Assembly (NCBI GenBank): GCA_964282815.1
Contig: OZ196148.1
Direction: 5' to 3' (one strand)
From: an uncultured Granulicella sp.
GTDB taxonomy: Bacteria; Acidobacteriota; Terriglobia; Terriglobales; Acidobacteriaceae
Length of the DNA: 64,000 nt
How positions within the stretch are numbered: the first letter of the stretch is position 1; every line of letters starts with the position of its first letter. The position numbers and the translations under genes were made by a program. The notes under the pieces were generated by a model. It did no database searches. It had not been told where the DNA came from and was given only the letters and a program-made list of their open reading frames with translations. Below, piece after piece: positions 27,779 to 36,166 of this stretch.

Positions 27779-28918
27779 ATGCGCCGCTTCCTCCTGCCCC
27801 TCACCCTCCTGCTCCTCACCCTTCCGGCCGCCGCCCTCCCAGCCCTCACCCAATCCCCCGCACCCCAACCCCCCACACCCGAGCGCCACGAATTCATCCT
27901 TCACAACTTCCACACCGAATCCGGCGCCGTCCTCCCCGAAGCCCACATCGTCTACGGCACCTACGGCACCCTCAACCCCGCCCACTCCAACGCCATCCTC
28001 CTCCCCTCCCACTACATGGCCAACCTCAACGGCTACACCTTCCTCCTCAAATCCCCCGCCTACCCCGCCGGCGCACTCGACACCACCAAGCTCTTCCTCG
28101 TCACCTCCGAGCTCTTCGGCAACGGCCGCAGCTCGTCTCCCTCCAACACCCCGCCCCCCTTCGACGGCCCCCGCTTCCCCGTCATGACCATCCGCGACAA
28201 CGTCAACGCCGTCCACCAGCTCCTCACCGAAGAGCTACACATCCAGCACCTCCGCGCCGTCATCGGCTTCTCCATGGGAGCCCAGCAGGCCTTCCAGTGG
28301 GCCGTCAGCTACCCCACCTTCATGGACAAAGCTGTCGCCACCAGCGGCACCGCCAAAACCTACGGCCACGGCATCGTCCGCCTCGAAGGCCAGATCGCCG
28401 CCCTCACCGCGGACCCCGCCTTCCTCAACGGCGACTACAAGACCGAGCCCGCCAAAGGCCTCGAAGCCTTCGGCATGGTCTGGGCCGGATGGCTCTACTC
28501 GCAAGAATGGTGGCGCAAAGAGCTCTGGCGCTCCGCCTCCGCGCCCAACACCACCTTCGACCAATATATGTTCAGCTTCCGCCACCGCTTCTCAGCCGAC
28601 GCCAACAACTACATCCTCCAGGCCCGCACCTGGGAGTCCAACAACGTCGGCAACACCACCCTCGCCGACGGCAAACCTACCAGCTTCCACGGCGACGTAG
28701 AAAAAGCCCTCGCCTCCATCCAAATCCCCTTCCTCTACATGCCCTCCGCCACCGACCTCTACTTCCCCCTCGAAGACGCCCAGTACGAAGCCCCCTTCAT
28801 CCCGCACGGCACCCTGCTCCCCATCCCCTCCCTCTGGGGTCACCCAGCCGGAGCCGGAGCCAGCCCCGCAGACAAAGACTTCCTCAACCAGCACATAGCC
28901 GCCTTCCTGGCTAACTAA
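27779..28918 (+). CDS. Alpha/beta hydrolase, homoserine O-acetyltransferase (MetX)-like fold, with signal peptide
   Basis: YGTYGTLN, TIRDNV, GFSMG (Ser), ATDLYF (Asp) and WGH (His); hydrophobic leader plus Pro-rich linker. Confidence 0.82.
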   Translation: MRRFLLPLTLLLLTLPAAALPALTQSPAPQPPTPERHEFILHNFHTESGAVLPEAHIVYGTYGTLNPAHSNAILLPSHYMANLNGYTFLLKSPAYPAGALDTTKLFLVTSELFGNGRSSSPSNTPPPFDGPRFPVMTIRDNVNAVHQLLTEELHIQHLRAVIGFSMGAQQAFQWAVSYPTFMDKAVATSGTAKTYGHGIVRLEGQIAALTADPAFLNGDYKTEPAKGLEAFGMVWAGWLYSQEWWRKELWRSASAPNTTFDQYMFSFRHRFSADANNYILQARTWESNNVGNTTLADGKPTSFHGDVEKALASIQIPFLYMPSATDLYFPLEDAQYEAPFIPHGTLLPIPSLWGHPAGAGASPADKDFLNQHIAAFLAN

Positions 28919-29023
28919 AGCAAATGAGCTGTAGAGGGAACCTCGCCATGAACGTCATTTTCTTTCGAGGAAAATAACTCTGCACCATGCTTCCCACTCC
29001 ACAGCAACAGCTAATTTGCTCTA
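28916..29023. mobile_element. MITE-like element, copy 3 (108 bp)
   Basis: TAAAGCAAATGAGCTGT ... ACAGCTAATTTGCTCTA(G); the left end supplies the TAA stop of the hydrolase gene; short internal deletion relative to copies 1 and 2. Confidence 0.75.
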
Positions 29024-29054
29024 GCCGCGGCCTCCTCATCCTGCAGCAACCCGT

Positions 29055-32000
29055 TCAATTGACGGTTAGAGTGAGAGTAGCTGCTGTCGGCGTCGCCACT
29101 CCCGCCACAGTGCTCGAGCCAGTCACCGTTACCGTATAGCTCCCCGTAGACGTTCCCACGGGCGCCGGCGCTGGAGCAGGCGCGCTGCTCCCGCCGCATC
29201 CGCAAAGCACTCCGCCAAAAGCCAGCAAGCCGAACACCACCATCAACACCCGTCCCCTCACCCGCCGCCCAGAAATCACGCAAAGCATCAGGCAGGAAAG
29301 CGCCGCGCCAACCCGCAACCCTCCCGGAAGCCGCAACGGCGAATCCAGCCTCGCAGCCCCACCCCGCCGCACACCATGAGGAACCGTCGTCGTGATCGTC
29401 AGCACCGTGGAAGCAGCCGCGGCGTTCACGCTCACCGCACTGCTCGCAAGCCCACACGTCGGCGGATACGTCGGCGTCCCCGTCCCGTTATAAGCGACTC
29501 CGCAGCTCAGATTCACGACGCCCACAAACCCATTGCTCTCCGTGATGTTTACCGTCGCCGTATTGCCGCTGCTCGCCCCCGCGCTCACCGCCAGGCTCGC
29601 CGGACTTAGCGCAATCTGGTATGCCGGAACAGGCGCATTCACCACCAGGGAAGTCGACCCGTTCCCAGGAGAGTACACCGCGTCCCCCAGGTAATACGCC
29701 GTCACCGTAGAGCTCCCGGCCGTCGAAAAGCTCGTCGCCCCCGTCGTAGCCGATCCGTTGACCAACGGCATGACCGCAAAATATCCCAGAACGCTGTTGT
29801 AGAACCGCACCAGTCCGGTCGGCGCAGCCAAACCGGCCATCCCCGTCAGCGCAACCGTAAAGCTCGTCGCCCCTCCAGCCGTGATGCTCGCGTTTGCCGC
29901 GCTCAGCTTCACCGTCGGCACCGCTCCCAGCACGTCCAAAGGCACACCCGGCGCCGTCGTCGTCGCAAAGTTCGCATCGCCGGAATACACCGCGGTGATC
30001 AGATAATTCCCCGCTGCTGGAAACGGAAGCGCCCCACTCGTAGCTTTCCCGCCCGCAACCGCAACCGCTGTGCCGATCGCCGCATCATCCGCATAGAACT
30101 GCACGCTCCCGCCTGGCGTCCCCGCGCTTGAAGAAGTAAGCGTAGCCACAAAACTCGCCGTTCCCCCATCAGAGATCGTGCCAACGCTGCTCGTAACCGC
30201 CAGCTTGGTCGGGGCAAGCGTCTTCGCAGTCAATCCCGCTGCGGCAGTCAGAAAGTTGTTCACCTCCAGCGACCCAAGCCCCGTCGCCTGGTCATATCCG
30301 GTCGTCAGCGAGAAGCCGGCAAGCCCTCCGCTCAGCCCCGTCGCCGTCGGCGTACTGTTGTTGCACATACTCGCCGTGCTCACGTCGCACACGGAGACTC
30401 CGCTCGTCGCAGGCGTCGCATCATGGAACGCGCTCGGCGACTGCGCCGCCAAACGGTACAGCAGCGGATTCATATTGCCCTGCTGGCTGCCCGTCTTCTG
30501 GTTCAGCAGAGCCGTAATCGCAGCCATCGTCGGAGCCGCGGCAGAGGTCCCGGAAAAATACTCGAAGTGCCCCGTCGAGCAGTCCCCGCCCGCGCTCGCA
30601 TAGCACGCATAGTACCCATCGTGCGCCGCTCCCGGGAAGCTCACATCCGGCACATCCCGGGCCATATCGGCCGGCACGCCCAGGCCCGTCTGCCACGCCG
30701 GTTTCGTCACATACAGACTCGCCCCGCCGCCCCCGGAAGCAGCAACATACGTCACCGCCCCCGTCGTCCCATTCGTCGTCGAAGGCTCATTCCACGCGCC
30801 CTCCGGAATGTAGCTCAACGCGGACACACGGCTCGCCGTATTCGTGCTGGACCAATACTGCGCCGGATTTTGAAAATCCGCATACTCCGTCGCCCCCACG
30901 CACGTCGCATAAGAGCTCGAGCAGATGTAATTGATGCTCCGGAACTGGTAAGGCCCTGGAGTGCCAAACTGCGTGTCGCAGCTCGCCGCCCCGGAGTCCG
31001 CCGCGGACACAAACACTGAGATCCCCTCAGCCGCTGCCTGCGCAAACAGCGTGTCCCAAAGGTTCACCCCGGAGGGCCCGCTATACACCTCGCACGACCC
31101 AAAGCTGATATTCATCACCGGATCCAGCACCGTATTGACCTCGTACTGCGCCGCAACGAAGATCCCGTTGTAGCCGCCCGCGGTCCCACTCACAATCAGG
31201 TCCGCCTGCACCCCAGGTGCCGTTCCAATCACCCGCACCACATCCAGCAGCGCCTCGCCCTCATCGGTCGTAGAGATCCCCGGATCGACCCCAGTGGTCG
31301 GAATAATCGTGTTGGGCAAATTCGCCGCCAACCCGGTATTCGCCTCAAACTCCGAAATATCGGTGGACACAATGCGCGACCGCCCAATGATCGCCACCTT
31401 CTGCCCCGTGCCGTTGATGCCCGAGCTATACACCGGATTCAGATCGAAGATCGTCGCAAAGTCCCCCGGCGTGACAAAGTGGCTGCCCGCGCCGTTCGTG
31501 TACTCAGGCCTCTCGCTGGACGAAGCATGCAAAGACCCCGGCTCAAAGTGCGCCATCGGCCGAAGCATCGGATCCGACAGCCCGCTGATGGAAAGCACAA
31601 GGGGCGAAAAAGCCGCCGGCAGCTCCGGCTCAGATGTAGGCGCGATATGCCCCTTTGACTCCGCGGATTCGTCCGCGCCCCCAGACCCTGAACTCCCTTG
31701 GGGCAGCTTGAATTGATGAAAGCTCGTCCCTAGCGCCTTCGCCGCCACCCCCGCCAACCCATCCACCTCCACGAACATTCTGCTCAGACTTACCTGCCGT
31801 ACGCTGAGTCCCTGCGCCGCAATCCACGACGTCAGCGCATCGACATCATGCTGCGTCGGACCATACTGCTCGCCGATCTGCTCCGGCGTAAGCCAATGAT
31901 GAAAGCTGGGCGACGAGGGGTTCTGCTGATCCGCAAGATAGGCCGCAAACGCCGCCTGCCGCTCGGAAGCACGGGTCAGCACGAAGGTCAGGTGAAGAGG

Positions 32001-32222
32001 CGTCGCCACATCGGTCATACCGGCGTCATTCGCGGCAGAAGCCCACCCAGGCACATGACCCGTAAGGCGAACCCGCTTCGTCAGATCTGGTTGAGCCGCC
32101 ACACGGTCTGCCTGCGTGGAAAGCTGTGCCGTTGCGAGCTGCGGCCGAACCGTAAACAGAATCAGAAAAGCAACGGTCAGTCGAGCGCACAGCAAGAAAA
32201 GACGATGGGCCGGAAAGCGCAT
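29055..32222 (-). CDS. S53 (sedolisin/kumamolisin) serine protease: propeptide, catalytic domain, Ig-like repeats and C-terminal membrane hairpin
   Basis: EALLDV, SAADSG, GTSAAAP and GYDQATGLGS; two Big_3-like domains. Start placed at ATG 32222 (signal peptide MRFPAHRLFLLC...). Confidence 0.9.
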   Translation of the reverse strand: MRFPAHRLFLLCARLTVAFLILFTVRPQLATAQLSTQADRVAAQPDLTKRVRLTGHVPGWASAANDAGMTDVATPLHLTFVLTRASERQAAFAAYLADQQNPSSPSFHHWLTPEQIGEQYGPTQHDVDALTSWIAAQGLSVRQVSLSRMFVEVDGLAGVAAKALGTSFHQFKLPQGSSGSGGADESAESKGHIAPTSEPELPAAFSPLVLSISGLSDPMLRPMAHFEPGSLHASSSERPEYTNGAGSHFVTPGDFATIFDLNPVYSSGINGTGQKVAIIGRSRIVSTDISEFEANTGLAANLPNTIIPTTGVDPGISTTDEGEALLDVVRVIGTAPGVQADLIVSGTAGGYNGIFVAAQYEVNTVLDPVMNISFGSCEVYSGPSGVNLWDTLFAQAAAEGISVFVSAADSGAASCDTQFGTPGPYQFRSINYICSSSYATCVGATEYADFQNPAQYWSSTNTASRVSALSYIPEGAWNEPSTTNGTTGAVTYVAASGGGGASLYVTKPAWQTGLGVPADMARDVPDVSFPGAAHDGYYACYASAGGDCSTGHFEYFSGTSAAAPTMAAITALLNQKTGSQQGNMNPLLYRLAAQSPSAFHDATPATSGVSVCDVSTASMCNNSTPTATGLSGGLAGFSLTTGYDQATGLGSLEVNNFLTAAAGLTAKTLAPTKLAVTSSVGTISDGGTASFVATLTSSSAGTPGGSVQFYADDAAIGTAVAVAGGKATSGALPFPAAGNYLITAVYSGDANFATTTAPGVPLDVLGAVPTVKLSAANASITAGGATSFTVALTGMAGLAAPTGLVRFYNSVLGYFAVMPLVNGSATTGATSFSTAGSSTVTAYYLGDAVYSPGNGSTSLVVNAPVPAYQIALSPASLAVSAGASSGNTATVNITESNGFVGVVNLSCGVAYNGTGTPTYPPTCGLASSAVSVNAAAASTVLTITTTVPHGVRRGGAARLDSPLRLPGGLRVGAALSCLMLCVISGRRVRGRVLMVVFGLLAFGGVLCGCGGSSAPAPAPAPVGTSTGSYTVTVTGSSTVAGVATPTAATLTLTVN

Positions 32223-32421
32223 GGAACTCCTTGGAACGGCATCAGAGTTTCTGTTTGGGTAATCTACCGCAGACCAGCTAACCTTGAACACGGAAATATA
32301 ACCCTTCACAACGGAGCACTCACTCTGAGGACGCTCTTTGCTCGGGAGTACCGCCAAAGCTGACCAAATGACCCTGGAAGCCACTTTCCACAGCATATCC
32401 ACAAGGAACGCTTGACACGCA

Positions 32422-32430
32422 TGCTATAAT
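32422..32430 (+). promoter_or_regulatory. Candidate extended -10 promoter (TGnTATAAT) for the gene at 32591
   Basis: Perfect TGCTATAAT about 160 nt upstream of the ATG at 32591. Confidence 0.4.
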
Positions 32431-32522
32431 GTGCTTGTAGGTTGAGGTGAGGAGCCAGGTCAGCACCGGCCCGCACCCAACACCTCTCCAGACCGTCTGC
32501 CTCCCGTGGGGGGAGGCAGCCC

Positions 32523-32583
32523 AAGTCCGGACCTAACCGCAATCGTTCGAAGACTTTGCACCATTCACCCCAGAGGGAGGGGT
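32523..32583 (+). repeat. Dispersed upstream motif, copy B
   Basis: AAGTCCGGACCTAA-N6-TCGTTCGAAGACTTT...GGGAGGGG; both blocks are identical to the reverse complement of 53855-53889. Confidence 0.8.
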
Positions 32584-32590
32584 ACACACC

Positions 32591-33574
32591 ATGACTTCTG
32601 AAACCAACACCACATCCGCATCCGAAACCAACGAGCCCATCCGCTTCCAATGCCGCCATATCCGCACCGATGGACACCGTTGCGGCTCGCCCGCTCTGCG
32701 CTCGGCAGATTTCTGCTTCTACCACCATAATTGCCGTAAACCCGTCCCAAAAGCGGAGGCGCAGGAACGGCAAGCCGAACGCAACCGCCGCGCAGCCTTC
32801 GTCCTCCCCAACCCGGAGGATCGCTTCGCCATCCAGGAAGCCATCGGAACAGTCCTGTTACGTCTGGCAGCCAATGAGCTAGACCCCAAGCGCGCCGGCC
32901 TGCTCCTCTACGGCCTCCAGATCGCCAGTTGCAACCTGCCGCGCCAGAAAGAGCAGCCCGACCCCGCCACCACCGTCGAAGAGGTCGAAGAACACCCGGA
33001 ACAGGGCCTTATCGCAATCCCCCAGGACTTCACCAAACGGCACGGGTACGAGAAGTCCCTCGCGGAGATCCTCGAAGAGCAATGGGCCAAGGACCAGGCC
33101 CAGAAAGCCGAGCGAGAAGCCGAAAAAGCACGCAAACAAGCCGAACACGCCACTCCCCCACCCATCACCATCGACCTCCAGGCCGTAGCCGGGCAAGAGC
33201 ACGCTGATCCCTGTTCCCTGGTCCCTGATCCCTTGAGCCGGGTGCCCCACATCTCGCACCTGAGATGTGGTCTCAACCAAACCAGCCGGAAACCCTGCCT
33301 CCGCCCCAGAACCCGCAAAATGTCGGACAATACTTCTGTAGTCCGAATGAGGTTCCCCGCCAGTGCCGAAGATCGCCTCCGCCCTCACCGTCTCCCTGCT
33401 CGTCGTCGCCCTCTCCGGCTGTCATCCCGCACGATCGGCAGACGTCGTCGCTACGGTCAACGGACACCCCATAACCAAATCCGATCTCGACAAGGTCTAC
33501 AACGAGCAACTCGGCGACTCCCAGCAGGGCCAGCCCGGGCAACCGGCGGAGCAGCCCTCCGCCGAACAAGCTGA
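32591..33574 (+). CDS. Conserved acidobacterial-type hypothetical protein with putative metal-binding CxH...C...CxxH motif; real end probably ~33200-33340
   Basis: QCRHIRTDGHRCGSPAL...FCFYHH, PEDRFAIQ and RAGLLLYGLQIAS. The 3' extension runs through repeats and overlaps the next gene by 212 nt. Confidence 0.7.
   Translation: MTSETNTTSASETNEPIRFQCRHIRTDGHRCGSPALRSADFCFYHHNCRKPVPKAEAQERQAERNRRAAFVLPNPEDRFAIQEAIGTVLLRLAANELDPKRAGLLLYGLQIASCNLPRQKEQPDPATTVEEVEEHPEQGLIAIPQDFTKRHGYEKSLAEILEEQWAKDQAQKAEREAEKARKQAEHATPPPITIDLQAVAGQEHADPCSLVPDPLSRVPHISHLRCGLNQTSRKPCLRPRTRKMSDNTSVVRMRFPASAEDRLRPHRLPARRRPLRLSSRTIGRRRRYGQRTPHNQIRSRQGLQRATRRLPAGPARATGGAALRRTS
33239..33270. repeat. REP-like hairpin GGGTGCC-CCACATCTC-gcacct-GAGATGTGG, preceded by CCCTGAT-type heptamers
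   Basis: Perfect 9-bp stem; heptamer run at 33204-33235. Confidence 0.55.
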
Positions 33575-34430
33575 TTCGCTCCGCCTGGGCCTGCTTTCGG
33601 AACTCATCAGCCAGGAGATCGTCCAGCAGCGCGCCGCCAAGATGAACCTCACCGCCACCAACGAGGAGGTAGAGGCAAAACTGGCGGAAGCCAAGGCCCC
33701 CTATACCGACGACCAGTTCGAAGCACGCCTCCGCGAGCACCACTCCTCGGTGGACGACTTCAAACGAGACCTCCGCCGCAGCCTCACCTTCAACAAGCTC
33801 CTCAATAAGGAGATCAACTCCAAGGTAACCGTCTCGGACTCGGATATCCAGGCCTACTACGCCGCCCACAAAGCCGAGTTCAACAACATAGAAAACCAGT
33901 ACCACCTCGCCCAGATCCTCGTTACCAGCGCACCCGCCGCCCGCCCCAGCAACCTGCAGGGAAGCAAAGCCCAGTCGGAGGCCGAAGCTAGAAAAAAAAT
34001 CCAGGCCTTGAAAAACAGAGTCGACTCCGGCGAAGACTTCGGCTCCCTCGCCATGAACTTCTCGGAAGACCCCCAGACCTCAGCCTCAGGCGGAGACCGC
34101 GGCCTCGTCTCCGAGTCCCAGCTCGCCTCCAACCCCACCGTCTATGCAGCCATCTCCAAGCTCAAGCCCGGCCAGGTCACCGACATCATCCCCTTCCCAG
34201 ACCCCCAGGACCCCAAAAAGGACGCCGGCTTCGTCATCCTCCAGCTCCTCTCCAAGGAGACCGCTGGCCAGCACGACGTCTCCGAGCCCCAGGTCCAGCA
34301 GCGCATCCGCCAGGGCCTCCACGACGCCCGCTCCACCCTCCTCAAAAACGCCTACTTTGAAATGCTCCGCGATCAAGCCAAAATCGAGAACTTCTTCGCC
34401 GAGCAAATCTTCAAGTCAGACGCCCACTGA
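33363..34430 (+). CDS. SurA/PrsA-like peptidyl-prolyl isomerase (parvulin) lipoprotein
   Basis: LSGC lipobox, VATVNGHPIT, YHLAQILV and DFGSLAMNFSEDPQTSASGGDRG. Confidence 0.88.
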   Translation: MPKIASALTVSLLVVALSGCHPARSADVVATVNGHPITKSDLDKVYNEQLGDSQQGQPGQPAEQPSAEQADSLRLGLLSELISQEIVQQRAAKMNLTATNEEVEAKLAEAKAPYTDDQFEARLREHHSSVDDFKRDLRRSLTFNKLLNKEINSKVTVSDSDIQAYYAAHKAEFNNIENQYHLAQILVTSAPAARPSNLQGSKAQSEAEARKKIQALKNRVDSGEDFGSLAMNFSEDPQTSASGGDRGLVSESQLASNPTVYAAISKLKPGQVTDIIPFPDPQDPKKDAGFVILQLLSKETAGQHDVSEPQVQQRIRQGLHDARSTLLKNAYFEMLRDQAKIENFFAEQIFKSDAH

Positions 34431-34432
34431 TC

Positions 34433-34840
34433 CTAGAACTTCGGCCTATCCTCCGGCATCACCGCCCCAGCCTTCACCCACCGAGCCACAGTCGCAATAT
34501 CACTATCGGGAAGCTTCGCCCCCTTGTTCGGCATAGGCATAGGATCGTTCGCCGGCCCCTGATGCCGTATCAGCCGAACCAGCAGACTCCCATCCGGATC
34601 GCCCGGCACCAAAGCCGGCCCATGCTTGCCCCCCTTCAGCATCCCCATCCGGGTACTCATGCTCAGCCCACCACGCCGGTTCATCCCCCCGTGGCACCGG
34701 TTACAGTTCCCCTCAAAGATCGGCTTTACATGAACGGAGTAGAACTCCGGTCGGCTTGCATCTTCCTCGGCCCGCACCTTAAAGATTATTGCCATCAGTA
34801 CCGTAGCGGCCATAGTGAAACCCACTACGAACCTGCGCAT
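34433..34840 (-). CDS. Monoheme c-type cytochrome domain protein (planctomycete cytochrome c type)
   Basis: VKPIFEGNCNRCH, GGKHGPALVPGDPDGSLL and MP...I..WV; AGGAGG RBS before the ATG at 34840. Confidence 0.82.
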   Translation of the reverse strand: MRRFVVGFTMAATVLMAIIFKVRAEEDASRPEFYSVHVKPIFEGNCNRCHGGMNRRGGLSMSTRMGMLKGGKHGPALVPGDPDGSLLVRLIRHQGPANDPMPMPNKGAKLPDSDIATVARWVKAGAVMPEDRPKF

Positions 34841-34949
34841 CCAGCCTCCTATTAGTCGACCAGTCAACAGAATCTGCCACAATATTTACATACCTCACCC
34901 GGGCGAGATAACGTAAGTCTTGCTCTGCTACTCCGCGCCTGTTTTCACC

Positions 34950-35369
34950 ATGTGCATGCGCATCTTCAAACACTGTTTGCTTCTGAGCCTACTCATGATT
35001 TGGGCTCAAGGCCCATTTACGCCCGCAGCTTTCGCTGGCCCACGCAAGCACCTTGAGGCTTCTTTCACTCATTCAAAGGCCAGACCGGCTAACAGAGTCT
35101 CCCGAAACTCCACAACTAAGAAGGCTTCACACTCATCTGTCCATGAAAAGCGCTCACGTCGATCTGCCCCGGCGTCCCGGCCATTTAAGGCTCATCTTCC
35201 AGGACATAGCGGGTCGCCGCTCCACTTGAGTCATAGGACCAAGGCGCAGCCGGCAACGAATCCTGTCCAGCCTAAAGCGCCAACCACGTCACTACCGCCC
35301 GTCGAAGTGCATCATGACAGAAAGGCACATCATAAGCCCGCCGCTCCACCTGGGGCTGAGATGGTTTAG
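34950..35369 (+). CDS. Hypothetical exported His/Lys/Ser-rich low-complexity protein
   Basis: Signal-peptide-like N-terminus; its stop overlaps the convergent gene's stop (TTAG); atypical composition. Confidence 0.4.
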   Translation: MCMRIFKHCLLLSLLMIWAQGPFTPAAFAGPRKHLEASFTHSKARPANRVSRNSTTKKASHSSVHEKRSRRSAPASRPFKAHLPGHSGSPLHLSHRTKAQPATNPVQPKAPTTSLPPVEVHHDRKAHHKPAAPPGAEMV

Positions 35370-35599
35370 GTGAGGTTGACGGTGTGGTGGGCCAGGGCGG
35401 CACGAAGTTTGACGACGTGGGTGCCGTGGGTGCGGATGGCCTCGTGGAGGAGGCCTCCGGAGATGTGGAACTCTTTGGACCAGAAGGCGATGTCGGAGGC
35501 GATCTTGGGGTTGATCTCGGTCTCGCTGGTGGGGACCTTGTGGCCGTGCTCGGTTTTGGGTTCTTCGATGGGGGCTGCGGTGGCGATGATGTCAGACAT
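35366..35599 (-). CDS. DUF3606 domain protein
   Basis: INPKIASDIAFWSKEFHISGGLLHEAIRTHG pattern; GAGGA RBS. Confidence 0.65.
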   Translation of the reverse strand: MSDIIATAAPIEEPKTEHGHKVPTSETEINPKIASDIAFWSKEFHISGGLLHEAIRTHGTHVVKLRAALAHHTVNLT

Positions 35600-35649
35600 G
35601 CGTTCCTCTTTCCGGTTCTTCTTATTGGATGAGGATCGTCTGCTGGAGG

Positions 35650-35770
35650 GTACCCCCCTCCCACCTATTCTGCTAAGTTCTCTGCATTGAATGATTTGCA
35701 GAGCGTGCGTCCTGCAAAATCGTCATTCGGAAGGGGTTACGGCTAAAATCGTGCAAACAAACGGCTTACC
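35650..35770 (-). repeat. Dispersed upstream motif, copy C (three degenerate ~28-nt units plus GGGAGGGGGG end)
   Basis: Minus strand reads GTAAGCCGTTT...GATTTTAGC / GTAACCCCTT...GATTTTGC / GCAAATCATT...GAACTTAGC, then GGGAGGGGGGTAC. Confidence 0.5.
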
Positions 35771-36166
35771 GCCTCTCCTCTGCCTTTTCACTGGTCTTTT
35801 TGTCTCCCTTAATTATAGCGAATCGGGTGCAGGTATTATGCCAACTATTTTTCAGCGATAAGCTGCCTGCAATGAGCTACTTAGCGGCCCTTTTGGAGTT
35901 CTAGGGGCTTGACACGCAATTTTGCTGGTGTTTTTAGGGGTGTTTTGCGGCTGGGGAGTGAAGATAGTTGGGGTGGGATGTGCCCTTTATGGGAATGGAC
36001 GTTATCGAAGGGTTGGAACGAGCGCCATAAGGTTCAATGCGACGCTAAGGGAACGGTAGGGCATTTTGATCGTCCATGGCAGGCTAGAAAAGTCTCTTGT
36101 GTGTCGAGCGGTTGGCCTGTACTGTTGGCTCGTCCCTAATCTGAGTTTCTTACAAGGAAGATCCCA

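Noticed and set aside
32383-32403. CTTTCCACA and ATATCCACA as an oriC DnaA-box cluster
   Set aside because: Only two imperfect boxes, about 3 kb from the skew switch, with no clear unwinding element.
32412-32430. TTGACA ... TATAAT as a canonical sigma-70 promoter
   Set aside because: The spacing is only 7 bp; only the extended -10 reading was kept, at low confidence.
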